Positions 49,276-62,100 of a stretch of DNA of 64,000 nt are shown one piece after another. The DNA is taken from assembly GCA_002269645.1 (NCBI GenBank), contig NIVC01000001.1, positions 1,674,001 through 1,738,000 on the forward strand, in the 5' to 3' direction. The DNA is from Macrostomum lignano. Lineage: Eukaryota. The translations under genes and the position numbers were made by a program. Below the pieces are notes generated by a model. It had not been told where the DNA came from and did not search any database. It saw only the letters and a list, made by a program, of their open reading frames with translations. The number at the start of each line of letters is the position of its first letter. Positions within the stretch are counted from its first letter, which is position 1.

Positions 49276-51039
49276 ATGTTCTACCGAACGTTGCCTTTGC
49301 TGCTTCTGCTGCTAGTGGCGTCGATACTGATAGTTGACACCGAGGCCGGCCGCCGGCGCGGTCGTCGCCGAGATCCGCGCGTCTACGATTCCCGACCGTC
49401 CGATCTTGATCACGACTACGATGACGACGATGACGATGACGATGATGATGACGACGACGATGACAAGGACCACACTCCTGGCTATGACCGGGAGGCTTTC
49501 CTTGGTAAGAATGTACTACTCAAAGCTCGTAGCAATAGCTAATTGGCATTGATATTCGGTGCCCTTTCTCCGGCCTTTAAGCACTTTAAGCCTTTAAGCC
49601 TTTAAGCACCAATCCTTAAGTCTGTAAGCTCCATTCTTCAGGTCTTTGACCATGATCCAACCCTCAAGTTTTAAAGCTCTATACTTTCTCTTGTTTCTGT
49701 ATCACCCGACATTATTCTATTCTAAGGTCCTCGGGACATAAGGTATTATTATGCGCTCATAATTAATGTGGCTTTTTCTGAAGATTCGACTAAGGCTTAA
49801 AACATTTACTTCTGCCCCAATAAAAACAGGAAGCGAAGGTGCGCGCAAATTTGACGAAATGACGCCCAATGAGGCCAAGGACGCACTGCTCCAGCTGCTG
49901 TCAAAGATTGACCTCAATAACGACACAAAGATCAGCCAAGATGAGCTGCAGAAGTGGCTGGCAGCTGTCGCTCGACGTGAGAGCCGCCTAGCGTCCGATA
50001 AACGCTTCGAGGCCGTTAAGCTATTCAACCATGAGCTGGACGTCAACGCACCGCTGACCTTGTGAGAATTGGCTTTGAGTCAGAGGGTCCCTTCCGTATT
50101 TGAGTTCGTATATAGTACGAACGAGTAAACTTGTAGCTTGATACTATTCCCTTGGTTCCTATATTAAGAACTCGTAATTTACATCGCTCCACCCTCCGTT
50201 CAATCCACCAGCGACCAATACAAGAAAGCCATTCACCATGACATGGTTGGAGGCCAAGGAACGAACAAGCAGGCCCTTGAAGAGTTCAAAAATCGCACAA
50301 TGCGCGACCAGGCTCGCTGGGCAAAGGCAGACGCCAACGGCGACCGCTTGCTCAACAAAGATGAGTTCGCCGACTTTCTCCACCCGGAGGAGTCGCCAAG
50401 AATGCGCGAAGTTGTCATCCAGGAGGCCATGATCGTTACGGATAAGAACAAGGATGGCAAAGTTGACCTGAAAGAGTTCATGAACGACCTGTACCCTAGC
50501 TATGAGGCCGACGTGAAGGCGAAGAAAAAGTTGCCAAATTGGGTGGAGAAGGAGGAGAAACAGTTTAAGGTGAAGCATTACAGTTAACTTTATATTTACA
50601 TGCATGACCTTAGGCCATTAATGGTCTGCCGTGACTGCCCATGTCCGTTCCCAGTCCTTCAAAGTGCATGGTCTACTACTTCTACATTCATTAATTCGTA
50701 TTTTTATTTTTTATCTCAGGAGAAGATCGACGTGAACAAGGATGGCGTTCTTGATCCAGCAGAGGTGTACAAGTGGATCGTACCCGAAGATTACGATAAT
50801 TCGCGCAAGGTAGATTTTATTATTATAAGTTGTGCGAAAATATGTTTTGAAGCTACTTATCGTAATAAGAGTCTTCTAAAACGCTATATAATAACTTTGC
50901 CTAGGAAACCGAGCACCTGCTGAAACTGGCCGACAAAGACAACGACAAGAGTCTAAGCCGCGATGAGATCATGAACAACTGGCAGACTTTCGTCGGGCAC
51001 AAGCCGGAATCTAGCAGCTCTCACCACGACGAGCTTTAG
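49276..51039 (+). CDS. CALU: Calumenin/reticulocalbin (CREC family) EF-hand ER protein
   Basis: Exons 49276-49504, 49830-50061, 50212-50569, 50720-50809, 50905-51039 in compatible phase. Signal peptide, YDREAFLG, EF-hands DLNNDTKIS, DANGDRLLN, DKNKDGKVD, DVNKDGVLD, DKDNDKSLS, and C-terminal HDEL. Confidence 0.9.
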
Positions 51040-52636
51040 GAAGCCAGCTATTGTCTATAGCTGGTCGGCACTTCGATTTAACGAAGCTGTCTAATCCACT
51101 GACAATTACATATTTCTATGTCTGCTCGTTAATATTCAGCCTATTATAAAATTAAAGTACTGTTTAATGTTTCTTGATGCCAATGCCAATTTGCAGAAGC
51201 AAACAAATTTTAGTTAAATTAGTATCATTATAGTCCACTAAATATAAATCATCTAAAATGTCAAATGAAGACGTCAAAGAACAATTGAATTAATTTATGT
51301 ATGCATTCAACAAGCATTACGTTGATAAAGTGAAATGAAAATGTTCTTCTATTAGATATATTAAAGCAACATAGGATTGTATTTCATTCTTTCTAAATAT
51401 TGCTGAGCGTACCGGCATTTAAATATTTTTTCAGGACAGATTTTAGTCAGATGCGCAGGTTAAATAATAAAATGAATTTCTAACTGCACAAAAATTCTGC
51501 ACACTATCAATTAATTATCTACGCTGGGAATCCTTAGGAAAAAAACAAAAAAGCATCCATAAACGCTTACGGGTGATTAATTTACTGTGCCGTTAAACAA
51601 GTTGAAAACAACGTGCATATGGGAGGGGTCGACTGAGCGTTGATAACAGGCGAAAGCCGTTAGCCAATAGTAATCTAGCTGGGTTAGCGGGAATAGTCTG
51701 CCTGCCGGCCAGGGAGGGAGGTGGGGTTGGGTGGGTTGACTGACCGGCGAGAAAATCGATTCGCTTCACCCACCTCAGTCAACACTGCACTAAGAGGGCC
51801 AGGAGGGGACTGGGTTAAAGAGCCGACTAAAAATCGATAAAAACACATCTACCTCACGCCAGACTTCAAACAGATAAGGTAAATTCCGTTACAGTTACAC
51901 TTTGACTGCAAGTTAAGGATTCTAAGAACAAGAAAAGCCCTCTCTTTTCTAAGAAATAAAAGGCAATATTTCACATCACTGGCTTGGTTAGCTACATTAG
52001 CTACATGCATTTTTACCTCTATTGAAGTAAGAGTAAAATTTACCAGTTTACACATTTTATAAGTTAAAGGCAGATTCAATTTAAGAAAAAAATTATTTGC
52101 ATTTTACCAGATTAATAAATATACGGCAACATTTCGAAGAAGCTACAAGGCGAAAATACACACGTACAAGCATAAACAGACTAGACTTGAGATATAATTA
52201 ATGACAAACTCTGCCGTGTGGTTTGAGACAGAAGTCTTAGCTTAACCACCGGGAAATCCAACGGCCAACGCTTGCTTTATCCAATGCTTTTTTTCCAATA
52301 GGCATGGACTTCGATGGAGTCTAGTTAAGCACGTCTGACAGTCCAATCTTACTTACAGAAGGCGAACAAAAGGAAGACAAAAATAATAAAATTAATTATT
52401 GACGGCATTTAATTTGAAGCAACTGATATACAAAGACTAAGTAAAAAGGTAGCTGACACGCCTGACACCGTGGAAAGTAACAGAAAAGTACGCACATAAG
52501 CACTTCAAACCAAAGGACGCAAATTTCGGATGATGATTCTAAGTCGATTTTTTGTTAGGAAAAAATATGCGCACTACACTACTTAGCGCGCCCAGTAAGT
52601 AGCATGTAACTGCAAAAGTACTGCGCTTAGATAATT

Positions 52637-54646
52637 TTAATTGGTCTTTTTGCTACCATTAGCGCCGTCGCTTGCCTCCGCAGTTCCTGTAGACGAAGCC
52701 GCAGCCGTCGATGCCACCGCCGGAGTTTTAGTTGTCGACCAGTCGTAGCTGATGACCGGCACAAAGGACTCTAAAACACCGACATCCTCAGTGAGATTTG
52801 GCAGAAACCAAAAGTGCAGCCGACCAAGACTTAAACACCAGATTAGGCCGAATAAAGGATATCGCAGTAGAGACAGGCTGATGAGGCCACCGAGGAGGCA
52901 GAGTGCGCCGATTGACAGGTAATAAGTGCCTGACAACAGGGGAATGCGGTTATTAATAGTGAATCCTTGATATCAAATTTCCTAGAATTTTAAGCTTCAA
53001 TATTTAACCGAACTTATAAACTGCATTAAGCTTACGGAGCTATCAAGATTACGAATTACGTATCCTTATAAAATTAAGGATTGAGATTAAGAATTGGAAT
53101 AGCTACCTGTGCGCAGTTGCAGGGGCCACATTGGGAACAGGCACAGCAGAATGGAGCCGAGAACCATCAGGAATCCCAGCACAACATTCCTAGGCCGGGT
53201 TGGATCGTAATGCCAGATGTAAACCTCGCCGGCATTTGGCACAAACGCTTGCAACTCGTGAATCTCCAGGCGCGGCCGGCCACGCTTTCGTTTCTCTTGG
53301 CGCTCGCGGGCGCGCTTCTCGCGCCGTTCGCGGGCCGCCGCGGCTTCGTCGTCAACGGCGGCGACTTTCGCGGTCGATTCTTCCTTGGATGACTGCTGGT
53401 CGGCCTTTTCGATTGCCTTCTCATCGCGCTTGCTGCCGGTCTAAAAATGGGACAATGCACAATGGGACAAATCAACAATGCAGGCCTTCAATAACTACCT
53501 GGATAAATAATTTAAGGCCTTAAACGACTATCACCGTCTACTTAATACGAGTTATCTAATCTGCCTTAAGTGAGTCAAATTAATAATCCCATCTAGTCTA
53601 CTTTCCTGATCCGCTTTGATAAATTCTACTTTATATCCAAATCTACTCATTATCTCCACTCTACATCCCCATTCTAAACTCTAATCTACTCATTATCTCC
53701 TTTCTACACCCATATCTACTCATTATATTCATTCTAAATCCCAATCTACTCATTATCTCCATTCTAAATCCCAATCTACTCATTATCCGAATTCTACACC
53801 CAACCTCATTATCTCCATTCTTAACCCCAATCTACTCATTATCTCCATTCTTAACCCTAATCTACTTATTATCCCTATTCTACATCCTAAGCAACTCATC
53901 ATCCCCATTCTACATCCTAACATACTCATTATCAACGGTCGATATCCCAGTCATACTACACACTCACATGGGGTGTACAGCGGGCATGACTTTCTTATCC
54001 TCAGACAAGTACAGTCTAAACACCTTAAGAGGTTGGTCATCATGAGTAGGAATCGTTAATCACACGAGAAGCTACAGGCACAAAATGCACAATCATTGTG
54101 ATTGTGAACAATAGGAATATACGGATTACAAACGCGTTACATCAGAGCTACTTTGCCCCTCACAAAAAACTGAAACATATTTACTGTTGCAGGCTCTTTA
54201 TCAACAGGGAAGCACATGCAATCATTTTTTACCTCCACCCATAACGGTGAGGCTAAGATTTGCTTCTCTGCCCTCCTCTGCATAAGCCTCACCTTATCCT
54301 CGCGCCTGCTCGACCGCTTGTCTTTTTGCAATTTCAACGCCCGCTGGAACAGACCCTTGGCCAGCAGGGTCGACATCAGCTGGGTCGCCGCTCTGGCATC
54401 CTTGATCACCGCCTCTTTGCCGTCCTTGCCGGGCGAGGCAAATCGCGATTTAAGCAGAAATTCAATCGCTTCGTCGGCTAGAAATATTCCAACTTTCATG
54501 CCGGCTAGTTTCCCCTCTTTGCTAGGCAGTTCCCATAGCAATGCCTTGGCAACGGCCTCTTCATCGGGCGTGAGTTTGCAGGGATCCTCGGCGGCATCAA
54601 TGGCAGCTGATTTTCGCTTGCTTTTGCGCTTAGCAACCTCCGACAT
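52637..54646 (-). CDS. SEC62: Translocation protein Sec62, about 326 aa
   Basis: Exons 54646-54293, 53440-53107, 52929-52637. LEIHELQAF..EVYIWHYDP, two TM segments with CLFPMWP, and HFWFLPNLTEDVGVLESFVP. Confidence 0.93.
53620..53935. repeat. Degenerate repeat of about 29 bp in SEC62 intron 1
   Basis: Unit about ccaatctactcattatctccattctaaatc. Confidence 0.8.
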
Positions 54647-55307
54647 GGCTGATTTTTTAGCTCACTGTCACTCAGCTGTCTGATAGCTGGCTTCTTGGTT
54701 GAATAAAATTTATTGTATTTTCTGCAGGATTTGTTTTATTGCAGAGCACACAATTAAATGATGGGATTAAAAGTTAGGTCTCATAAATAATGCTGTAGGC
54801 CCTAGTATATATGCATGTATGGATCTTAACTTACTGGCAGATCTAGGGGGGTTAAAGGAGTCAGCTGACTCCTCAAGAATAATCTTGGGTCCTACCTCTA
54901 CTACTTTTTAGCCTATACTGTGAACATTTCCATATTTACCAAGGCTTAAAATTTTGTTTTTTTAAAGGAAGAGACCCTTAATTTATAAGCAATGCTCTCA
55001 TGTTTTGTTTTGTTACTGAATATAATGTTTAGATACATGGAATATTGGTGAACTAAAAATTGAACTGTTTTTAGAACTTTTAAAATAAATATAATAGGTT
55101 ATAGCTTATAAGTTGCAACCATGTTAAAAGACAAAAGCTAGCATTAAAAAGGACAAAATTCCAAGAAATTATCATTTGCATTTTTTGTTTTTATATTCAA
55201 TTGGAATTTTTTTGGTTTTGCTACATTGCATTTTTTATCAATATAATGCTAGCCAACTATAAAGTCTTAGCTATTTCTATACCAAAATACATTAAGGATA
55301 TAAATTT

Positions 55308-55920
55308 TAGTGTTCTACTATAAGGAGGTTCTATGTGCCATAGCCATAGCTGTAAGCAAAACTATGGCTTATTCCAATTCTATATTCTATAGCCATAGAG
55401 ACCCCAATATTATCATATTCCCATAGTTCCTATAGCCATAGCCATAGTTTCAATAAAAAGTCTAGGAAAAAAAATATTTTGAACCAGGAAGACAACCTGG
55501 CACTTAAACAATTACAAAAATAAGGTAGAAAATAAAACAAAAGCTTGATTGCCTTTGTAAGATTATATTTCATCTTTTTACAGAGTAACAATACTTAATC
55601 ACTACTGAAAGTACTACTGCAAATGTTTTGTTCATTTGTTGTACTTTATTAGGTATAATTTATAAGTTTCTAAGCCTAATATAGTTTACCAAAGTATCTT
55701 TGTTTTACTCTATCTGTTTCAATATTTTTTAAATTTTTTAAATTAATAACTATAGCTATAGGAATCTATGTATAATATGACAGCAACTACCATATTTTCA
55801 TAGTTGTAGCCATAAGAGCAGCTATCTACCATAGGCATATCTGTAGTAGCCATAGGCACCTACTTTATCATATCTGCTGTAGGATCCTATAGCCATAGCT
55901 GTAGCTATGGCGGAACACTA
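55308..55920. mobile_element. hAT-type MITE, 613 bp
   Basis: TIR TAGTGTTC(T/C)(A/G)C(T/C)ATA. 8-bp TSD ATAAATTT (55300-55307 / 55921-55928). Subterminal ctatagccatag repeats. Confidence 0.8.
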
Positions 55921-57002
55921 ATAAATTTGCTATTACTATTATTGCCAGGAAACTGAAAAACTATGCAATTGATCAACTCTATACTGGATTGCTTTAAGAA
56001 TCAAGAAGTTTGGTAATGTTACTAAGGCATGCAGGAATCAAAAGAGCTGTGAGAACTAAGAATATTGCTAACAAGGTTTGAGCCTAGGTGCATTGCAATC
56101 CAATGACCAATAAGAGTAATAGCCCAAAAAGATACAGCTTTTAGAAAAGTCTATGAGGCAAATGAGAGATCAGAGAAGACAGGCTCTAAGTCTGATCCAA
56201 TGCTTCAAGAGAAAAGTGCAAGTCTTAAGCAAGGAAACAAGACAGAAATGCCACTTTTGCCTCTAAGTTCTATATTCTTTATTTCAAGATGCAAAACCAA
56301 TCATTTTACTAATGAAAAATATTTCATTTTAGGTCATCATTTCAATGTGCAAAATGACAAGGCCATCAAAAATGAAAACATAATATTTAATCAAGAGTTT
56401 ATATAACTATAAGAAATAGCAAGAAGGCTAGAGCCAAGGGTTTGGGCTAATGTAGCAACTGATAAGCAAAAGAATACTTGTGATCATTGGCAAAAATAGA
56501 CTGAAGATTAATGTTAATATCCATATTGCACAATTAGTATTAGATACTTTACTTCTACCATAGGCTAAATAATTTTATTGGCCTAGAGAATTTCTTATAT
56601 AAATTTAGTAGGATAATTTTCATATAAATATCTCATAGTAATTATCAATTTATCATCTAGTCTTTTTTATGATCTAAATATTTTAGGTCCTACTTATTGT
56701 TATTAGTAGTATATAAAAATGCATTATTTCAATTTTATTATCTAGAAAATTATTGAAATTGGATAGGCCTATGATTCCTAATATTTAACATATTAGGATA
56801 TTTATTTACATATTACTAATACTTATATTTATATATTTACATATTTCATACCACATTATGAGTTGGAATAATGGTCAGAATAAAGGTAAATATCAACATG
56901 AAGTTATTTATTTATTTATTTGAGTTGCCAATGCATTTCGTCTATTTGCATTATGACATCGTCAGGGTCTTTTTATTTAAGAAACAATTTGAACAAATAT
57001 TC

Positions 57003-57104
57003 AGTATATATAGATAGTTGAGAGTAACAAGAGTAGTTGAATTGAGTTTTTAATTTAGTTTTCAATTCAACTACTCTTGTTACTCTCAACTATCTATATA
57101 TACT
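57003..57104. other. Perfect 43-bp inverted repeat with a 16-nt loop
   Basis: 57003-57045 is the exact reverse complement of 57062-57104. Confidence 0.92.
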
Positions 57105-57714
57105 ATCTATGTATAAGAAAGGCAAAAGCCAAGTAAAAAAGAACATATTCTGCCAAGATGTTAAAAGGCGAGCGTGTAAAAATATTGGATTTTAAAAGCA
57201 TAAATATGAGAGGTAAGAAAGAAAGTGGCAGTGCACTGCAAAGGAGGCGATCACAGGAAAGCAATTTATAGTTTGTTTTATACTATGGTACATTATTGGT
57301 ACTTACCAACTTACTCCCAATGGGATATACCGGAATGTTCCAATTGGTACCTAATTGGAACATATCGGTTACATACCAGTCGTACCATTGCGGGTGGGGG
57401 ATGGATCCAAATATTCTGATTCTGATTCCAAATCCGAAAAAGTCTCACTTTTTAGAAATCCAAATGTTTTGGATTAGGAGATTTTAATTTCTGAATTTCC
57501 GAATGTGCTTCCAAATGCATTCAACCTTAAGTCGCAGAAAAATTTAATCGCAATAATCATTGTTCAAGTGTAGGCCTAATCATCACTTTTTTCAAAATGC
57601 AAATGCGACGACTTTATGTGCACTTATAAGTATAAATACACAGTAAAGTTATCAAACTGCACAAGCACAAACGTAATGTCAGTATTAGGCCTAGTAATTG
57701 GAATTAGTTAAATT

Positions 57715-58085
57715 AGATAGCAATTTGCCCACAAGTAGATTGCCCGCAGTGCAATTTGCCCATGAGTAGATTGGCCGCGAGCAATCGGTTGCCCGCGGAG
57801 TTTTTTCCCACCAAGGTTTGCTTGCAATTCTCGCTCACAGGCAATTCACTTGCGGGCAATCTACTCACAGGCAAATTGCACTTCAGCCACGGGCAAATTT
57901 TAGCGGGCAATTCTCGGTTGGGAAAATCTCCACGGGCAATTCGCTCATAAATTTTTGCAATTCGCAGGCAAATCTTGGCGGGCAATTCTTGGTTGGGAAA
58001 ATCTCCACGGGCAATTCGCTCACAGGCAAAATGCGTTGCAGCTTGCGGGCAAATCTCGGCGGGTAATTATCGTCTGTGGGCATTT
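57715..58085. mobile_element. Degenerate foldback-like repeat cluster (TTGCCC then GGGCAA motifs)
   Basis: Left part is rich in ttgccc and right part in gggcaa, an inverted arrangement. Ends not defined. Confidence 0.5.
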
Positions 58086-58558
58086 CTCCTGCTCCCAGAT
58101 TATATATAAGAATTGAGTTCAATTCTAAGTTTAATTCAATTCAGATACTAGATAGATAGTCCATCACTAGTACAGACTACAGATTAGGCCTAGAAATCTT
58201 CAGATCCTCAAAATATTAGGACAGACATCATTTCTGGAATTTATGAGGAATCAAGAACTGAAAGCTTTAATGGTCAATGGTGTAGGTTTAATAGATACCA
58301 TTTATAAATTCAGGCGACAGACAGCGTCGTGTGAAAAACTTTTATTGGTTTCCAGGACAGTTAGAATTTGTTTCTTCTAAGAAAGTTGTTTAAACCACGG
58401 GAAAAAAAATTTATTCTACTGTTGCCTAGATTTTTATTACAATAAAAAATGTTTTTCATTGCAATTTAGGTTTCGTTATTTCTAAAAAGCTGTGTATTTT
58501 ATACTAAATTCTTTGTTAAAAATGTATTACGAGTATAACTTTTTTTAAAACTGCAGAA

Positions 58559-58895
58559 TGTAGCCGCGTATTCTTGAGTTTTAACTGCCGGGACTTCTTT
58601 AGTCAGAGAAAAACTTGATTTATTTGCGTTCCAGCTTGCTTGATTAAATAGACTGACCGCGATGGGGGAGGGCAGGGTGAAAAACGCAGCTTAGAAAATC
58701 CTAACCAATCGGATTTCGCCGATAGGGTAGGCACTAAGCACTCTATTGGTTGGGGCTCGTTATTCACGCGTTTTCAGCCAATCAGAAACAAAAAGAAATT
58801 TCTAGAAAAGGCTATACGCAGGGGTGGGGTGACGCAGAAAGAAATACGGAGAAAACACTAGAAGTGCACGCGCACGCAAATTGAGCACTATTACA
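58559..58895 (-). repeat. Candidate 3' LTR, 337 bp
   Basis: Minus strand begins TGTAATAG and ends GCGGCTACA (TGTA..TACA). Preceded by PPT GAAAGGGGAG (58909-58900). Contains CCAAT, TATTTAA and AATAAA. The second LTR is not in the window, so identity cannot be confirmed. Confidence 0.75.
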
Positions 58896-59151
58896 AAAGC
58901 TCCCCTTTCAACAGTTTAATGTCCTCATTAAACCCAAGGGGTGGAAACGACAGATGAAAGCTACTCCAATAGGGAAGAACAGAACCAGCTGTAGCAAATA
59001 GAACAATTCGAGATAACCGGGTTTCGAACAATTAAATCTAAATCAGGATTACTAAGCTAATAGATAGACGCTATTAAAAAGTTCTAGACCTACGACCTAT
59101 AAAGCAAAACTGCTGGCTACAACCAGTCAGTCAGTCCTCAACGTGCGTTAG

Positions 59152-62100
59152 TCAGTCCTCAGCGTCAACAAGTTGCCCTTCATCGTCACTACTGGCGTCC
59201 TGATCAGCACGCTGAGCAGACTGGGTCCGTTGCAGACACGCTCGCTTCAACTTGTTGACATGCACGACGCGCCCCTTGATCTCCCCGTCCGTGTAATTGA
59301 TCGGCCGCACCAAGTAGTTGACAGGTGATGTCTTGCGCATGACTTTAAATGGGCCTGTCCACGGTGATTGATGCTTCGGAGGCAGACAGTTGGTCCTGGA
59401 CAGCACAGCAGGCGGAACGAACAGCCACACTAGATCGCCGGTGCGAAACTTGCGCTTCTGGGCTTTCAGATCGTAGTACCGCTTCTGCCGTCGTTGAGCC
59501 GCGCCAGTTGACCTCCGCACAGCGTCAAAGGCGTCCTGCAGTCGTTGAATGGTCTCTACTGCGTACTGGCCGACGACGGATGGAGGCTCTGGGGACCGAT
59601 AGACAACGTCCAATGGCAGAACCACCTCCCGGCCCGTCATCAGGAAATGTGGGGAAAATCCGGTCGTCGCGCTGATGCTGCTTCGATAGGCTAGGAGACA
59701 GTACGGCAGGGCGTCCTCCCAGTCCAGCGGATCGACAGTTTGAAGGTGGCAGCGCAACATCTGATGGAGTGTCCGATGAAATCTCTCCACGAGGCCGTCA
59801 CATTGAGGATGATAGCCCGACGTTCGAGTCTTGTCGACCTCCAATAGTGTACAGAGACTGCGAATGATGCGGCCATCGATGCTCTTGCCGCGGTCGGAGT
59901 GGAGAATATGCGGAGCACCCCACCTGGAGATCCAGTTGTTGAAGAGGGCCTTGGCAATTGTCGTCGCCTTCTCGTCCGGAATCGGCACCAGCTCCGTCCA
60001 CTTGCTGAAGTAGTCGACGATGCTCAGGATCCGATCGTTGCCGTTTCTGGAAGCGCCGACCTTGACAATGTCGAACCCGACACGCTGCATTGGAAACCCT
60101 GCAGTGATGGACTGTAGCGGCGCCCGCTTGATAACCGGAGTCTTTGCCCGCTGGCAAACCTGGCATGACCGAACGGCCAACCGGACGCTCTCCGACATTT
60201 TTGGCCAGTAGCAACGCGTCTTTAGGCTGGCCAGCGTCTTGACTTCGCCCAGGTGGCCGACGTTGTGAATCTCGTCGACAAATTCGCGTTGTCGGCAGCG
60301 GGGAATGACGGGTACTGGCTTTGTGTTGACCAGCCTGTGCAGTGTACCGTTCACGAAACACAAGTCATGCACCTTCTGCGCCAGCACCAGGCTCTCCGGC
60401 GGTACTCGGTCGCGTTGTCGGTCGGTAAACCTAGTCTTGCCGTCGGCCAGCAGTCGGAACACCGGACTGATAACCGGATCCTGCAGCTGAAGCATACGTA
60501 GCGTCGGTGGCCTGTTGTCTGCCGCTGGCGCTGCGGATTCATCTTCGTTGGTGTCGTCCTCGCTGCTGCTGCTTTCTTCGCTGTCGTCCGACCGGGGCTG
60601 ATGGATTTGCTTGCGCCTTGATGGCACGGTGCCGACGCAGACATGCACATTGTCGGTCTGAACAGCTTCGTCGGTAGCCGTCGACACTAGCTTGATGGTC
60701 GCTGCGTTGATCTGGGCGGCAGCGGCGGCATCACTGTTGGCGTCGGTCTGGCAGGCAACCGAGGATGTCGTCCTGCTGGTGGTCTCATTTGTTGGTCGAC
60801 ACACCCGACACTGGTTGGTACAGCGCTGCTGCTGACGGGACAGCGCATCGGCGTTGTTGTGTTGACGGCCCGGCCGATAGAGTACTCTGAAGTCGAACTC
60901 GTCTAGCGTCTGCAGCCACCGCGCGAGTTGACCTTCGGGCTCCTTGAATGTCAGCAGGTGCGTTAGAGACTGATGATCGACCCGCACGGTGAACTTCCGA
61001 GGCAGCAGGTAATTCCGGAACTTCCTGACATGCTCAACGACGGACAGCAGCTCCCGCCTCGTTACACAGTAGTTGCGCTCGGCTTTTGTTAGTGCTCTGC
61101 TGGAGTACGCGATGACTCGTTCTTCGCCCGCCTGCAGTTGAGAGAGTACCGCACCAATGGCGCAGTCGCTGGCGTCAGTGTCCAGAATGAACTCCGAGCT
61201 GGTCGCACTAGTATCCGGGAAGGCGAGGATTGGAGCAGAGGTCAGTGTTGCCTTCAGTTGGTCGAATGCTTCTTGGGCCTTGGACGTCCACTGAAACCTT
61301 TCTGTCGGAACCGTCAGGCGTCGTAGCGGCTCGGCGATCTTTGAATAATCCCGAATGAACCGTCTATAGTAGGCTGCGAGACCTAGGAAGCTCTTGACCT
61401 CCTTGGAAGTTCGGGGTGTAGGCCAGTCTCGGATCGCAGCAGTCTTTGACTCGTCGACGGTGATACCCGACTTGGAAACTCGATGGCCCAAGACGATCAT
61501 CGTGGTGTTGGCGAAATGGCATTTAGATGGCTTCAAGCGTAGGTTCGCGTCCCGCAGCCGCTCGAACACCGCCCGCAGCCGATAGTTGTGCTCCTCGATA
61601 GTCCGGCCCATGACAATAACGTCGTCGATGAAGACCAGGCACGCTTGCCAGGTCAGGCCTTGGAGCACCAGCTGCATGAGGCGTTGAAAGGTTGCCGGGG
61701 CATTGCGCAGACCAAACGGCATGACGTTGAACTCGAAGAGGCCTTGATGGCAGATGAAAGCAGTTTTCTCTTTGTCGCGCTCCTCGACCTCAACCTGCCA
61801 GTAGCCACTCTCCAGATCGAGTGCCGAGAAGTAGGCGTTGCCTTGCAGCGCATCGAGTGTGTCGTCGATCCTCGGAATTGGAAAAGCGTCCGGCTTGGTG
61901 ACCTCATTGAGCAGTCGATAGTCTAAGCAAAAGCGCGCTGTCCCGTCCTTCTTACGAACAAGCACGATTGGCGAAGCCCAAGGCGATGAAGACGGCCGGA
62001 TTACTCCTTTGGTCAGCATGTCGTCGATCAATTCGGCCTGCTTGTCGATGACTGGACGCGCTGCACGCCGCAAACCCTGCCGGATCGGCCTTGCCCCGCC

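Noticed and set aside
55950-56500. Possible decayed transposase coding remnant
   Set aside because: Purine-rich and coding-like, but it has multiple stops and no motif I can identify with confidence.
58724-58740. 13-bp identity TAGGGTAGGCACT between the Gypsy LTR and the left end of the hAT-like element (24086)
   Set aside because: A short isolated match between unrelated element classes with no flanking similarity; treated as chance.
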